A stretch of 64,000 nt of DNA from positions 1,054,001 through 1,118,000 of the forward strand of contig LSRY02000022.1 in NCBI GenBank assembly GCA_001643675.2, written 5' to 3'. A program made the position numbers and the translations under genes. The notes under the pieces were generated by a model, which searched no databases, was not told the origin of the DNA, and saw nothing but the letters and a program-made list of their open reading frames with translations. Within the stretch, counting starts at the first letter, position 1. Each line of letters begins with the position of its first letter. This stretch comes from Monocercomonoides exilis PA203 (Eukaryota; Protista; Preaxostyla). Positions 1-12,283 of the stretch are shown here, in pieces.

Positions 1-1921
1 TGATTAAAAAATAAAAAGGATAAGAATCGGCTGCATAAGGACAGTTTTGAAACCCTCAAATTGAAATAGCTTTTTCCTGAAACATCAGTTGAGGCTCATC
101 ATGCAAATTAACAGTTGCAACGAACAACGTCAAAAGACAACTGTGAATCGTTGTGTCTAATGCACCAATTCGTCTTTGACTCTTCTTATTTTCATGTTGC
201 AAGCTTCACACAAAATCTTTGCTGAAGCAAAGAAGACTTACATGGCTGGGACGAGCTGCCTGTTGATACAAATTCAAACTGGTTGTGGCAGTTCAGTTAT
301 TGTTCTCAATTAACTTTGCTTTCATATCGATGGAAAAAATAAAATTAAAGATTTGTCAAAACGATACGGAACATGCTGAAATATGATATAATCGCAATGC
401 CATCGTTACACAATTAGTGTTATCATTTTTAGATAACTTCGGATATTGCACGTAATTATGTTGGGCTGTTCTCATTTCGATTCAGGAAATGATGAAGTTT
501 GATGTCGAAGTGATCAAAATAGTGCTTTTCCTGAGAATACCAAAGGGCATTGTGAAGAAAGCAACGAATGAGATGTGGATGAGGATAGATGATGTAAATT
601 ATATCTCAGGCAATGATTGAACCGGCTGTGTTGGAGGTGAGAGTAGTTGATGAAGATTATGATGATTACGAAGATGAAGAAGAAGAAAGATAAGGAGAAA
701 AAGGGGAAGAAGAAGAATAAGGAGGAGGAGGAGAAGGAGGAGAAGGAGAAGGAGAAGGAGAAGAAAATGAATAGGAAGTTGGTGACGATGATGAAGCAAT
801 AGAAGAACATCGTTATCACTCCAGGATTTTTGACGCCTTGAAATATCAAAGCATCAAGCTTTCTATCCGATCCTCAAGTAAATGCGATGAAAGGAACAAG
901 ATAACAAAATTAAGCTTGTTGTATTTGTTTTGTGATTCTTCGCATTGCCGTGTGCAAAGACAGAAGCTGCTGGTCATCGTCCTCGCTTCAGAAGCTCAAT
1001 GACAAGCAAAACTGCACTTCGCTTGTGAAAAAATGCTAAAAATAACAATAAACTTTTTCCCCTTCCAAAAGTCGAAAAAGTTACATCACCCAAGTTGATG
1101 CTGCTGACCTCCTGTCTTGTTTCTTTGGAAATATTTTTTGGCCTTTATTTTTCCGAAATTAATGTCCAGCTTTCCATTTGGCCAGCCACCTTCCTTTCTC
1201 AAAAAGCTTCTCCATCGCCTTATATTCCAAACTCTATATCATTTTTTGAAGATTTTATTTTTCACAGAATTCCTTCTGGTTATCTTCATTCAATAAAATA
1301 ACAGTCGAATTTGTTTTCACCTCTTGTTCAAATAAAAATCATGCATCTGGTGTAACTTCATTTATTTCCCAATGACTATATAATAATCAGCTCTGTTTTC
1401 ATCGTATTGCTCCACAAAGCGGAGATTGGCCATTTCAACAATAACTCACATTCCTGCACTTTGGAGAAGATACAGATGGAAATATCTTTACAATATATAG
1501 AACAATACAAAATACATACATTACATCTTTTTGTGTAATTGATGAAATTGTTATATTCACCTTGGACATCCAATTAACAAAAATCATCAGACAGAATTTC
1601 AAAAATTTTGCATCACCATCATTGCCAGCTTTCATATCAGGAAATTATGTTTGTAATTGTGCAGGATAAATTCATTCAACGACACTCATTTTGCTGATTG
1701 ATATTCCAGTTCAAACATAACCATTTGATCATTGAATCCATAACAACAAACTTAATTAATTTGAACATTTTTTTTCTTAACAATCACTTTTCAAAAGTGC
1801 CAAGACGATAAAGAATGGTGTGAAAACGAAATTATTTGTTGTTTTGAAATCATTTTGCGATTTCACAGTCACCTTCAAAAAAGCAAATATTTCTTAGTTT
1901 GCAAAATGTTATAAGAAATAG

Positions 1922-3292
1922 TTGATTTTAAAAATAAATGCTTCTTTTTTCTCTTTTGATTTTTCACTTTTTTTAGAGAAACTTTCACAGTTGGAACAAT
2001 TCACTGAAGCAGAGCAGAAGCAGAAAATAGAAGAAATGAATGAAATAGTTGAGGGAATGGATTTTAGTGAACTCGAATCAATTTTCAGAGAAGAAACATT
2101 CGACAAAATAGAAAAAATGATTGAAGAAAAGAAAATGTCAATGGAGAATGCAATTTTGCTGCTGAAGCATGCTGGATATTGCAAGGTGATGAAAAATTTT
2201 TGGAATCAAAACTTTGAAAAATCTTCATTGAGCAGAAGATTTGAAAAGATGATTTTTGAGGAAGAGATGAAAAAAGAAGGGAATAGCGAAAAGCTTCTTG
2301 TTAATCTTTGTGAATGCTGTTTTTTTGCTTAACGGAGAATTTTTTTCAGGATTACTTTCAATTTGTGTCTCATGCCTTTTGAATGTAGCCTTGAACAAGA
2401 AGAAAAACGAGGAGACTCAAAAAGAAGTGGAAATGATTTTGCTAGCTTTGAGCAATATTGGATTTCAAGTGTGAGCAATTCTTATTCCATTTTGATATCT
2501 AGATTTTTCTTCACTTTTTGTGAAACAGAATAATAAAAAAGATTTATTTTTGAATGAGATCAAAGAAATTGTCAAATATCATCAGGAACATCATTTCTTG
2601 ACGCGACTTGCCTATCAATCAACTTAGTTATTTTTAATGTATAGATTGTACTGTGAGGAAAGCTTGGAAGAAGTGATTGCAGATGAACTGCATTTTGGAA
2701 GAGAAGCAGTTAGAGCATTGGAAGAGCTGACAAGAAATGTGGATTGGAAAAGTGGAAAGGGGGATGAAAAAGGAAAGGGAAAAAAAGAAGAGATAATTTT
2801 GATGATGTGGCTCGAAAGGTCGAGTAAATATTTACACTTTTGTCAAAAGTGGAATAGGGAATATGCTGAGCTTGTCAGAAGTGTTGTTCAAGTATTTCTA
2901 GCAGCAAAGGACAATTACAGAAAAATATATACAAATGCATTGATTCGCTTAATGCAGCTGTTGGAAAATGCGTTGTGAAAGTTGATTACTTGCTGAAAGA
3001 AGGAGTAGTTGAAGCTGTTTTGGAGGAGATTCAGCGGACAACATTGGACGACAGTGAAATATTTCAACTCTTGCGTCTCTTTTTGAATATTTCAAAAAGA
3101 TTGTAAGTGAAGAAGAGAAATAAAATAGAAGAAATGAAAAGCAAAGCAACCAAAAGGGATATGTATAAAAAGATGGAAAAAGAAGGGTTAGAAGACATCA
3201 TCACAAGCTTTTATGAAATTTTTGATTTTCAAAATAGACAATATTATCGTTGTTTATCGTTGGATATCCCTGATTATTTTGTGATGCTTAAT
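1922..3292 (+). pseudogene. Decayed member of an expanded lineage-specific helical protein family (paralog of the gene at 51448-57688)
   Basis: Fragments EQKQKIEEMNE..MSMENAILLLKHAGYCK, QKEVEMILLALSNI, EIVKYHQEHHFLTRLAYQS and KMEKEGLEDII..DYF are collinear with the 56339-57688 copy. The reading frame is broken by TAA at 2330-2332, TAG at 2625-2627 (Trp TGG in the paralog) and frameshifts. Confidence 0.8.
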
Positions 3293-3843
3293 AAAATGAA
3301 ACTCACATTATTTTGTAACTCTAAAACAATCTTTTTCATTTTCATTCGTTTCACCTCACCAGAAATACTTCTATTAGAAAAATAATTCGATTTTGGAATT
3401 TACACAGTCAAAACCGGAAAATATCTCATTGAATAAAATCAAATACTTTTTTGGTCATTTTTTTCTATGCGCAACCTTTTTTGGTGCTTTCTCATTATTT
3501 TCTTTATATATAATCACATTTTAAAAATTTTAAAAGGTGACTTTCTTTTTGAAAAATCAATTTTTTGATTAAAGATTTCGTAATTACATTCTTCAAATAA
3601 TGTGTTCAATAAAGACTCAATATTTCTATAAAAACAATATTTATTGTTTCTGATATTGAAAAATGTACATTTGAAAATAATATTTCTAATAAGGACAAAA
3701 AGACACTAAATTAATTAATTAATTTATTAATTTTTATTTTTTTCTGTGTTTATCGTTATTGCAAATAACGATAGTTGGATATCTTCAAAAAAAAAAAAAG
3801 TTGTTCAAAACTCGATAAAATTATATCCGGTTTAGACGAAATA

Positions 3844-4215
3844 GAATGTGCACAAAATTCCGAACATCGCACAAAAATACGGACAAGATCGATTTCTCAA
3901 TAGCTGCAAGAGGAATAATTCTGACAATTCTCCTTGAAAAATATCTTTTCAATACGAACTCATGTGATACACGAGACTTTCAAAACAGCTTCATTTGTGT
4001 TGAGAAAAATAATATTTGAAATCTTGGAGAAATAGGATTTTGTATTTCTTCGATTTTTAATATTGTTAATAAAACAACTTTCAGGCGACATGAAAAAAAC
4101 AGTCTGAAATGTCATAAGAGAATTTTTAACATCATATTTTTGGAAGAAAATTGTCAGAATTATTCCTCTTGCACTTATTGAAAAATCTATATTATCCGTT
4201 ATTTTGTGCACATTC
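3844..4215. mobile_element. MITE-like fold-back element with long imperfect terminal inverted repeats, flanked by TA
   Basis: Perfect inverted pairs 3841-3858/4201-4218 (18 bp, including the flanking TA) and 3905-3929/4149-4173 (25 bp), with imperfect matching between them. No coding capacity. Confidence 0.65.
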
Positions 4216-4803
4216 TATGTTTCAATTTCGATAAAGAAAATTTCAATTTCCAAACGATTTAAATATTGACTTGCTTTATGAATAATTGGTATATTGTGAT
4301 TCAAACATACATAATTATTTAATGTTTGTTAACTTTTTTCAGAAATTAAAATAAAATGATTATTCAAAAAAGAAAGAAGAGATTTTGAATATTTTATTTA
4401 TTTATTTATTTGACAAAATTTTTTAGAAAAGATCCTTATGTTTTAATTTCTCATTGTATAAAAAATTTTAAACTTTCATCAATTTTCTGTTTCCACTCAC
4501 GAAACTTCATTAAAATGGAAACAAAAGGCATTCTGCAACGAAAAGCACATCAGTTATTTTTCACAATTTTTTCTCTCCAAGAAAAAATTGAAGTTATTTA
4601 AGATAATTATAATCCCTTTGTTATGAAATCTTGAAAAATTTTCAAAAAAACTTGAAATTGAGTAAGAAAATATATAAAACAAAAAATGTTGATCCTATGA
4701 TCACTTTGACTTAAATTTTCAAATATTTAATTCTCGCGAAATAAGGCTTTCCTGAATAAAAAAGAGTATTTTTTCAAAGACATCTAATGTATGCATGAAT
4801 ATA

Positions 4804-5252
4804 CAGTCTGAACCGGATATAATCACATCGGTTTTTGCACAACTTTTTGTGACTATACACGATTGTGATAATATCCGGTTCAACTTTACACACAAAAAAA
4901 CAAAAATTAATAAACCAATAAATAAATATTGGGTCAAATTTTTAATTTTTGAAAATTCTTTTCAAAAACACATTTTTCAATAGAAAAAACAATTTTTTGG
5001 ATTTTATTATGTTATTCAGAAGTATAAAACATAATTTTGAAAAATCAAAAAACAAAGATTTATAATCGAATAGTCGATTTTTCATTGAAAAAATCACCCA
5101 TAACAATAAAAATTGTGATTATATATTTTCAGCCCAGTGATTATATGCGATGGAAAATGAATGAAAAACAATCAAAAAATGTCGGTGCATCGAAAAATGT
5201 GACTAAAGGCGAATGTGATTATATTCGACGCGATTATATCCGGTTTCGACTG
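4804..5252. mobile_element. pogo/Tc1-mariner-type MITE (449 bp)
   Basis: Structure TA|CAGTC...GACTG|TA. The 27-bp TIRs (4804-4830, 5226-5252) match at 23/27. Internal copies of the TIR core occur at 4864-4880 and, degenerate, at 5214-5227. Confidence 0.75.
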
Positions 5253-5981
5253 TATAACGAAAAAGAGACAAAATTTGAGAATAAAAAATAGAGTGTGTTT
5301 TCAACTCTCCAATTGTTTTCTATTTTTTTCACTTTTGAAAAACTTCATTGTCTATTTATCCATTTATTTCATACATATAAATAATCCTCAATTAAAATTA
5401 AAACTTAAAGAACAGAAAAATAAAAATAAATGAATATTATTTGATTTTATTGATGTTCTTCAAGTTTCATTATGCCAAACAAAATTTAAACATAGTTATT
5501 ATTACCATTTCAGTGAAATTTGGTGAGTGGTAACAGAAATTTGATCGAAACATGATTTTCTTATTCTATTTGAAATTTTTAAAAAAAGGAACTTTTTTAA
5601 AAAATTATGACATTTGTTCATTTATTAATTTTATTTAATTTTATTTTATTTTATTTCATTTTATTTTATTTTTCATTTTTTATTTTTTTGATAAACATTT
5701 AATGAAAAATATCGATAGCAAAATTGTTTGTTGAAATTTTTCTGATTTTCATCACAATAATATGGGTTATTATTTTTGAAATCATTTTCTTTCATTCAAA
5801 ATTTTCGGTTCAAAAATTTCACCAAAAATATGAATTAATGATCACTGAAAAGTGAAAAGGCACTATAAAGAAAATTTTTTCTTTATTTCAGATGAATCAT
5901 TTATTTTTTAACACTTGTGATAAATTGAGCATCTTATTTCAAAAGCTCTTCCCAATGATAAACATAGTTTTAAAAATCTGC

Positions 5982-6028
5982 AACCCGAAAAAAGTTATGA
6001 TTTGAAAAATAATCACACATATTTTGAA
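5982..6028 (+). repeat. Dispersed repeat fragment (other copy inverted at 59346-59392)
   Basis: AACCCGAAAAAAGTTATGAT (5982-6001) is the exact reverse complement of 59373-59392, and similarity continues imperfectly for about 25 bp. Confidence 0.55.
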
Positions 6029-6651
6029 ATTTATGAAACTGGAAACTTCAAATTAGTTTTATTCAAAATAAAAAATTTGTCATTATTCATTATCTGGCCG
6101 AATATTTTTCAATGTGTGAATGATATTTTTTATATTCAACACCAGAATAAAAACTGTTAAAAATTGTTTCAATTTTTAAAAAAACCGAATTGTTAATCAT
6201 TTCAGTATATGTTGTTGGATAATTGTTTGCAATAAAATGAATTTTGTGATATTATTTACAAGAATTCATCGTCTTGAAAATGAAAAAATTTTGTCAGTAT
6301 TTTTTTGTTTCAAAATTATTTCTTTTTGAAGTTGATTTATTAATGGTATTTTGAAAATTTTATATTTTTTGATAAAAATAGAAAAAAAATGAAAAAAATA
6401 AAAAAGAAAGTGTTTTGACGACCGAAAATATTTTATTTTTTTTTCCATCTTTCTGTTCATCAAAAAACAATTATTTTTTCTTTCTGATGTGCATTCCGAA
6501 ATTGAAAACCGCAAACCCAGGAAGAAAAAAGTATCTGGAGCATGGCGCAGTTTTTCCGAGACGAAACGTATCGAAAGATTGTTTGGTACAAGAACACTTT
6601 TGATAATTATTTTCTTTTTGTTGATCAACAACCAATTGTCTTTCTATTAAA

Positions 6652-9600
6652 ATGTTTTTGATTTTGATTCTCGCGAACTTTCTGTTTGCTGGTTGTCCCG
6701 CTCGGAAAATCGATAACAAAAATCGATCAAATGTGTCTGCAGATGATTGCGTGGAGGCAGCTGTTGATACCGTTTTTATTTCTGAAAAAGGAGACGACTC
6801 GAAGCCAAGCTGTGGAAGTGAAGCCGATCCGTGTAAAACGATTGCGAAAGGAATTGAACTGCTTGGGGAAGGTCCCGGAGATAAGTCTATTAAAATTGTT
6901 AACTCTGCTGAAATACCGTACAGTTTTCATTTTTTAAAAGATTTCAGCCTGACAGTAACTACAAATTCCCAACAATCCATTAGAAGAACAATGACATTTG
7001 ACTTGAATGAACTGGCTACAAAAGGAAAGTTTCATTTGACTAACGAAAAGATTTTGAAGCTGGAGCATATCACCTTCAATCTTCTTCCGTTGAAACCTTT
7101 AGAGGGGCCGAAGGAAACCGACGAATCCACAGCAATTATTCTCTCAAAAGGAGTAAGTGGAGACCTGACAATACGTGATTGTGGTACTTATATTGAGAAA
7201 TGGACGGAAGATTACGCTCCGTTTTCGGTACTTATGATTACTGAGGGTAAAGTCACAATCGATGAATTTAACTTCATATCTTCAAAATATTACTATTTAT
7301 CTAATGCGGTTATTTTACACATATTTGAAGGCGTTAACGCGCAAAAGCTGAAAGGATTTAACATCAACAATGTGAAATTGTACAAAGATTGCGCATTTGA
7401 ACTTCCATCTTCATTTACGTTAGAAGGAAGCAATCTATGGTCAGTTGAGCGAAAAAGCGGAGATGCTGCATTGGCAGACTCTAAAAGCGGAGCGGACCAA
7501 AAAGTTGCAATTACAATTTCCAAATGCTTTGCCTCTTCGGCAATATCTCAACAATCGTCAAAAGGAGGATGCTTTTATTTTGAAATGCTCCATCCTGAAA
7601 GTGTTCTAAACATTTTGAATACAAGATTCAACGGAAAAGCTTCACGAGGTGGAGGGGTGATGATTGGTGCAACAAAAGGAAAAGTGAAATTGGAGAATGT
7701 AGAATTTTACGAATGCGAGGCAATAGAAGATGGCGGAGGGCTTCTGATACTTGACTTGACTCAAATGGCAGGATTTGAATGCAAAAATGTATCATTTGAA
7801 CAATGCAAAGCGGAGAATGGAGGAGGAGTTGAAGTTATTTTAGGCGAAGAAGAGATCAAAGGAGATACTATTTTATTTAAAAACTGTTTCTTCAGCAAAA
7901 ACGAAGCAGAAAGCAGAGGAAACGATGCAACGATCAGATGCAATGGAGATTCAGAATTGATTGAAACGCCTTTTGATGCTTCTTCGTTCAGCATGACACA
8001 GGATAATCGAGTGTGCTTGATGAAAAAGGAAGGCTCTGCTGTCATTCATGATGATTGGCTACGAGTTGGTTATCTGAACACCAACACGGATGCAGAAAAC
8101 GGCGTAGATAGCGCTGATTGTGGAAAACCAGGAAAAACTGCATGTAAAACGATAAAGCAAGCAATAGAGAATTGTCTTCCAGGAAGGTCGTTCAAAGTCT
8201 ATACAACGGAAGAATGCAATAAATATGATACAGAGCCAATAACCGTTGAAGGGAGGAGTGTTGAAATTACTAACATAAACGATAATGATATTTCAATAAC
8301 AACTGCCCTTGATGAAATGAAAGTTCAGCAGGGCGAGGGGATGTTCAACGTGAAACAGGAAGGATATTTAGAACTTTATAAAGCAAAAGTCGAAGTGGAT
8401 ACGACACGAAAAAGCGGGCGAGACAATGGACTGTTTGTTGGGGATGGAGAAGATGCAGGATTCCGCATTTATCGAGTTAACATAACTGCAAAGGATTCTA
8501 AACAAGCTCTGAACTGTGTTTTGATTGAATGCAAGACTGGTGAGTTCGATATTCAAGAATTAGTCTTCGAGCACTTCACATCTGCTTTCGCGTTAATATT
8601 TGCAGATAACTCAAAAAAAGTAGATCTAACTGGATTTGTGTTCGACACAATAACTACCACGAGCAAGACTCAATCTGTTGTCACAGTTTTAAGCGGATGC
8701 CAAGAATTTTATTGTTCGGGAGGGAGTTTTTTGAATTGCAACTCAATTGAACACAGGATTGGAGGAGCGCTGCATTTGGAGCTTGGAAAACGTGGTTATA
8801 TTTGTTCATTTTACGGTCTGAAATTCATTAACTGCTCATGCAAAAGTCCACAGACAATAGTTGGCGAGATGAATTCAAAGTTTAATGAAGAATCAAAAGG
8901 AGGAGCTATATTCATTCGCGTTTCTGACGAAGCAGTTGAGGATCTAAAACTTCGATTGAATGCAATAACATTCACGAACTGCAGCGCTGACAAAGGTAAA
9001 TATATTTTCATTTCTTTGCCAGTGGGACGGGAGCAGATAGGCGAAGACGTATTTAAATTTGAGATGGAGGAGATTTATGGAAAGCAGAATTATGTACTTC
9101 TTGAGGAAAGAAAAGACGGAAAATACAACATTGTTGATCTTTTGGGCGACGAAGCTAAAATATTGCCATATCACTCAAAAAACATATATGTTGGAGGAGA
9201 AGCAGCCAGCAAAGCAGGAACATGCGGAAGAACAGTAGAGCCGTGCGATCTGATCAGCACTGGACTTCATCATGGAATGAGGAGTGGAGATTTGAAGATG
9301 CTCATCATTGATAGAGTTTGCGTTGACGAGCCATTTTTGATCAATCAATATGTTACATTTTCATCAGCATCGAAGGCTTTCTCTTCTTCTCTGTCAACAA
9401 CAGCACCAAATCGAGGAACACTTCGTGTTGGTTCCAACATCAAAGCGGATGATTCAATTGCTGTGTTTGAGATGAACAATTATCAAATCACTTTCGAACA
9501 TGTAGACATCGAATATCCTGATGCCATTGAAGGTGATGTTATTAATATTGTATATGGACATTTTACTTTGAGAATGACTGATGTTGTATTCAGGCCATGG

Positions 9601-10704
9601 TATACTGGTCTGAAAGGAGAAAATATACTTGGCGGAGAGGGAAAACCTTTACCATACACTCTAATTGTGAATGAAAGAGGAATCGGCTACATTTCCCAGT
9701 TGGTTGTTCAAGGAAGAAATGACAACATTACAAGAAAAAGCCATCACAGCAACTACCAGATTCAAAATAATAGATGTTTTGAGAAAATGAATGAAATGCA
9801 ACAGAATTATGGAGTAGAGGACAAAACTAATGAAGATGATAATCCTTTGTGCTCGTGGGATTCTGGGCTTGTATTTCTTCGAGGGTCTTTTCACACAAGC
9901 ATAAACGACAGTTCGTTTTCTGATATAAGCGAAGGTGCAATTGTATCAACATCAACTTCTCTAAGCATTTATAATTGTAGCTTTGTGAACAATCATCCAA
10001 TTGGGGGGAATATGGAAAAGTATCCTTCGATGATGCATAATATTAGAGTTAACACAAAATCGGAGTCTGATTGGACTTATATAAACTCCTTGGCTCCTGG
10101 AAGCGATGGATTGGATGGAAAGCCATTTGGAATGGTTTCCGAAATAAAGCCAAGTGGAAAGGCTGTTGATGATATGGATTCCTATTTCTTCACTCCTGTT
10201 TTGAAAAATGCATCAATGATTAAAAAGGCCAAGGAGACAGCAAAGAAAGGAAAAGACAGAATAATCGAATCGGATGAAGGAGCACAAGCTGTGATTCACG
10301 GGTCTTATCTGTTTCCATGCGGACTTACGGTTGAAGCATCAGAGAAAAGAGTAGGGAAAACGAAGGAGTGGATTGAATGCCCAATTTCTGAGTATGTGAA
10401 CGAGACAGAAATGAGAGTGGCGATTCCTCCATCGCTGCTGAATGGCGATGAATACACATCGTTGGTTTGCCGGCTGAGGTATCCGAGCGGAATATCCGAA
10501 GGAGAGAAAAGGAGCACGGAGTATATTACTCTTTCGAAGCAAAAGAAAGAAGATCCGAAGAAGTTAACAACAGCTCAATTGGTGGCAGTTGCTGTGTCTG
10601 TGAGTGTATTTTCAATAGCTGGTGTTGCTTCTGTTGTAATTGTTGTTTGTGTGATGAGAAACAAAAGGCGAAGACAATACAAAGCAATCAATGATGCAAA
10701 ATAG
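6652..10704 (+). CDS. 1350-aa type I membrane/surface protein with probable beta-helix (pectin-lyase-like / Pmp-like) ectodomain
   Basis: Intronless ORF. N-terminal hydrophobic signal MFLILILANFLFAGC; three CG-x4/5-[PA]C modules; repeated GG[AG][ILV] and FxxC motifs; C-terminal TM (LVAVAVSVSVFSIAGVASVVIVVCVM) followed by a short basic tail. Confidence 0.85.
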   Translation: MFLILILANFLFAGCPARKIDNKNRSNVSADDCVEAAVDTVFISEKGDDSKPSCGSEADPCKTIAKGIELLGEGPGDKSIKIVNSAEIPYSFHFLKDFSLTVTTNSQQSIRRTMTFDLNELATKGKFHLTNEKILKLEHITFNLLPLKPLEGPKETDESTAIILSKGVSGDLTIRDCGTYIEKWTEDYAPFSVLMITEGKVTIDEFNFISSKYYYLSNAVILHIFEGVNAQKLKGFNINNVKLYKDCAFELPSSFTLEGSNLWSVERKSGDAALADSKSGADQKVAITISKCFASSAISQQSSKGGCFYFEMLHPESVLNILNTRFNGKASRGGGVMIGATKGKVKLENVEFYECEAIEDGGGLLILDLTQMAGFECKNVSFEQCKAENGGGVEVILGEEEIKGDTILFKNCFFSKNEAESRGNDATIRCNGDSELIETPFDASSFSMTQDNRVCLMKKEGSAVIHDDWLRVGYLNTNTDAENGVDSADCGKPGKTACKTIKQAIENCLPGRSFKVYTTEECNKYDTEPITVEGRSVEITNINDNDISITTALDEMKVQQGEGMFNVKQEGYLELYKAKVEVDTTRKSGRDNGLFVGDGEDAGFRIYRVNITAKDSKQALNCVLIECKTGEFDIQELVFEHFTSAFALIFADNSKKVDLTGFVFDTITTTSKTQSVVTVLSGCQEFYCSGGSFLNCNSIEHRIGGALHLELGKRGYICSFYGLKFINCSCKSPQTIVGEMNSKFNEESKGGAIFIRVSDEAVEDLKLRLNAITFTNCSADKGKYIFISLPVGREQIGEDVFKFEMEEIYGKQNYVLLEERKDGKYNIVDLLGDEAKILPYHSKNIYVGGEAASKAGTCGRTVEPCDLISTGLHHGMRSGDLKMLIIDRVCVDEPFLINQYVTFSSASKAFSSSLSTTAPNRGTLRVGSNIKADDSIAVFEMNNYQITFEHVDIEYPDAIEGDVINIVYGHFTLRMTDVVFRPWYTGLKGENILGGEGKPLPYTLIVNERGIGYISQLVVQGRNDNITRKSHHSNYQIQNNRCFEKMNEMQQNYGVEDKTNEDDNPLCSWDSGLVFLRGSFHTSINDSSFSDISEGAIVSTSTSLSIYNCSFVNNHPIGGNMEKYPSMMHNIRVNTKSESDWTYINSLAPGSDGLDGKPFGMVSEIKPSGKAVDDMDSYFFTPVLKNASMIKKAKETAKKGKDRIIESDEGAQAVIHGSYLFPCGLTVEASEKRVGKTKEWIECPISEYVNETEMRVAIPPSLLNGDEYTSLVCRLRYPSGISEGEKRSTEYITLSKQKKEDPKKLTTAQLVAVAVSVSVFSIAGVASVVIVVCVMRNKRRRQYKAINDAK

Positions 10705-11698
10705 TTAAGCGGATTATGGTTATATTTTTCATGTGAATATTATTGAGAATCAAAAGTAATATTTGGAAAAATAGCCATAACATGATATATGGAGTCTTTG
10801 TTTGTTTATTGTTTTATTATTATTATTATTATTCTTTGATTCTATTGCTTTTGAGAGTAACTGTTATTTAAAAGATAAACATTAACTATGCACTTTTTAT
10901 TTAAAATTAAAATTGATTTTTTTTTATAATTTGCTGTTGAATTGCTTTATTATTTTCCTGTAGATTGAACAGTATTGGAGAAATTTATTTGATGGAATGT
11001 TTTCTTTTCTTTTCTTTCTTTTTTGTTAGAGTAATTAATTGTGGGAATTGTATTACTCTCCAAACATATATAAATATGTATATTTTATTTTAAATTTTTT
11101 GAAAATTTTCAAATGCAATTACACAGCTGGATGAGCATTTATTAAACTTTTAACTTATTTTCTGTTATATTTTTGGATTTGTTTTTTTTTTTTCTTTACA
11201 ATTTCGGTTTCTTCACATTGAAATTTTACAAAAAAAAAAACTAAACAAAACAGATGAATATTTTTATCAACGAATTCAGGAAATTCTAACATATCAGTAT
11301 TGCTCCCATTTGCTAAGAAAATACAACAAAAACAGCAGAAAATAACAAACGATTTTTTAAAAAAATGTTTAAATAATTATGAAATGAATAAAAAAATAAG
11401 GTGTTCACAATCAAATGAAACTTAATAGAAACATTTCGTTAAATCATTTTCGAACAGCAACACATGACATAAACAACTTTCATCCAATAAGTCTTTCACT
11501 GCATTCCTTTAAAATTCTCAAAACTCCTCAAAAAATCGAAGCATCTCAATAGCTTTTACAACAGCACAGTACTCATAACAGTCATTGCTTCAAAGCTTTT
11601 ATCATTTCAGTGCTTATTCACTTCAACAATCAAAAAAATTAAAAAAAAATGAGAAAGAGAGAAAGACATAAATCACTAATAATTTTCTCCATCTTCGT

Positions 11699-12251
11699 TC
11701 AACGAAGGGAAGATTTATTCATCTTCTTCGAAGGGCTTCTTCGTCTGCTCTTCTCTCTATCTGAACTCCCAACATACTCAACACTTCTGCCTTCTCCTCT
11801 TTCTCCTCCTCTTTCTCCTCCTCTTCCTCCTCTGCCCACAACACCAGCTGCCTCACTTCTCCTTCTATCCACAACTGGAGTCGCTAGTGTCTTTGCCCTC
11901 TCTTCTTCTTCTCCTCTTCCTCCTCTTCCACCTCTTCCTCCTCTTTCTCCTCCATCACCATCAAAATCTCCATACTCGTCTAAATCAACCTCCTTCACAG
12001 CTCCTCTTCCTTCTCTTCTTTCTCTTTCACTTTCCTTCCCTTCTCCAATCGCACGCCGTGCAGGCAGCTTTGCTGTCGTTGGTCTGTGTGCTTTCCTTTC
12101 TGATGGCTGAGCAGAAAACGGCGGAGAAGGAGAATGAGAAGAAGCAAAAGAAGAAGAAGAAGAAGAAGAAATAGCTGGATCGTAATGCAAAGGAGAAGAG
12201 CTCTTCAAAACAGGCTGCGAAGATGCTGGACGCATCGTGTGGAGGCGGCGT

Positions 12252-12283
<32 letters not shown>

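Noticed and set aside
1-1750. Coding-like composition and short ORFs at the window start
   Set aside because: The frames I read were interrupted by stops and I could not assign a family. It may be an old pseudogene, but there is too little support to call it.
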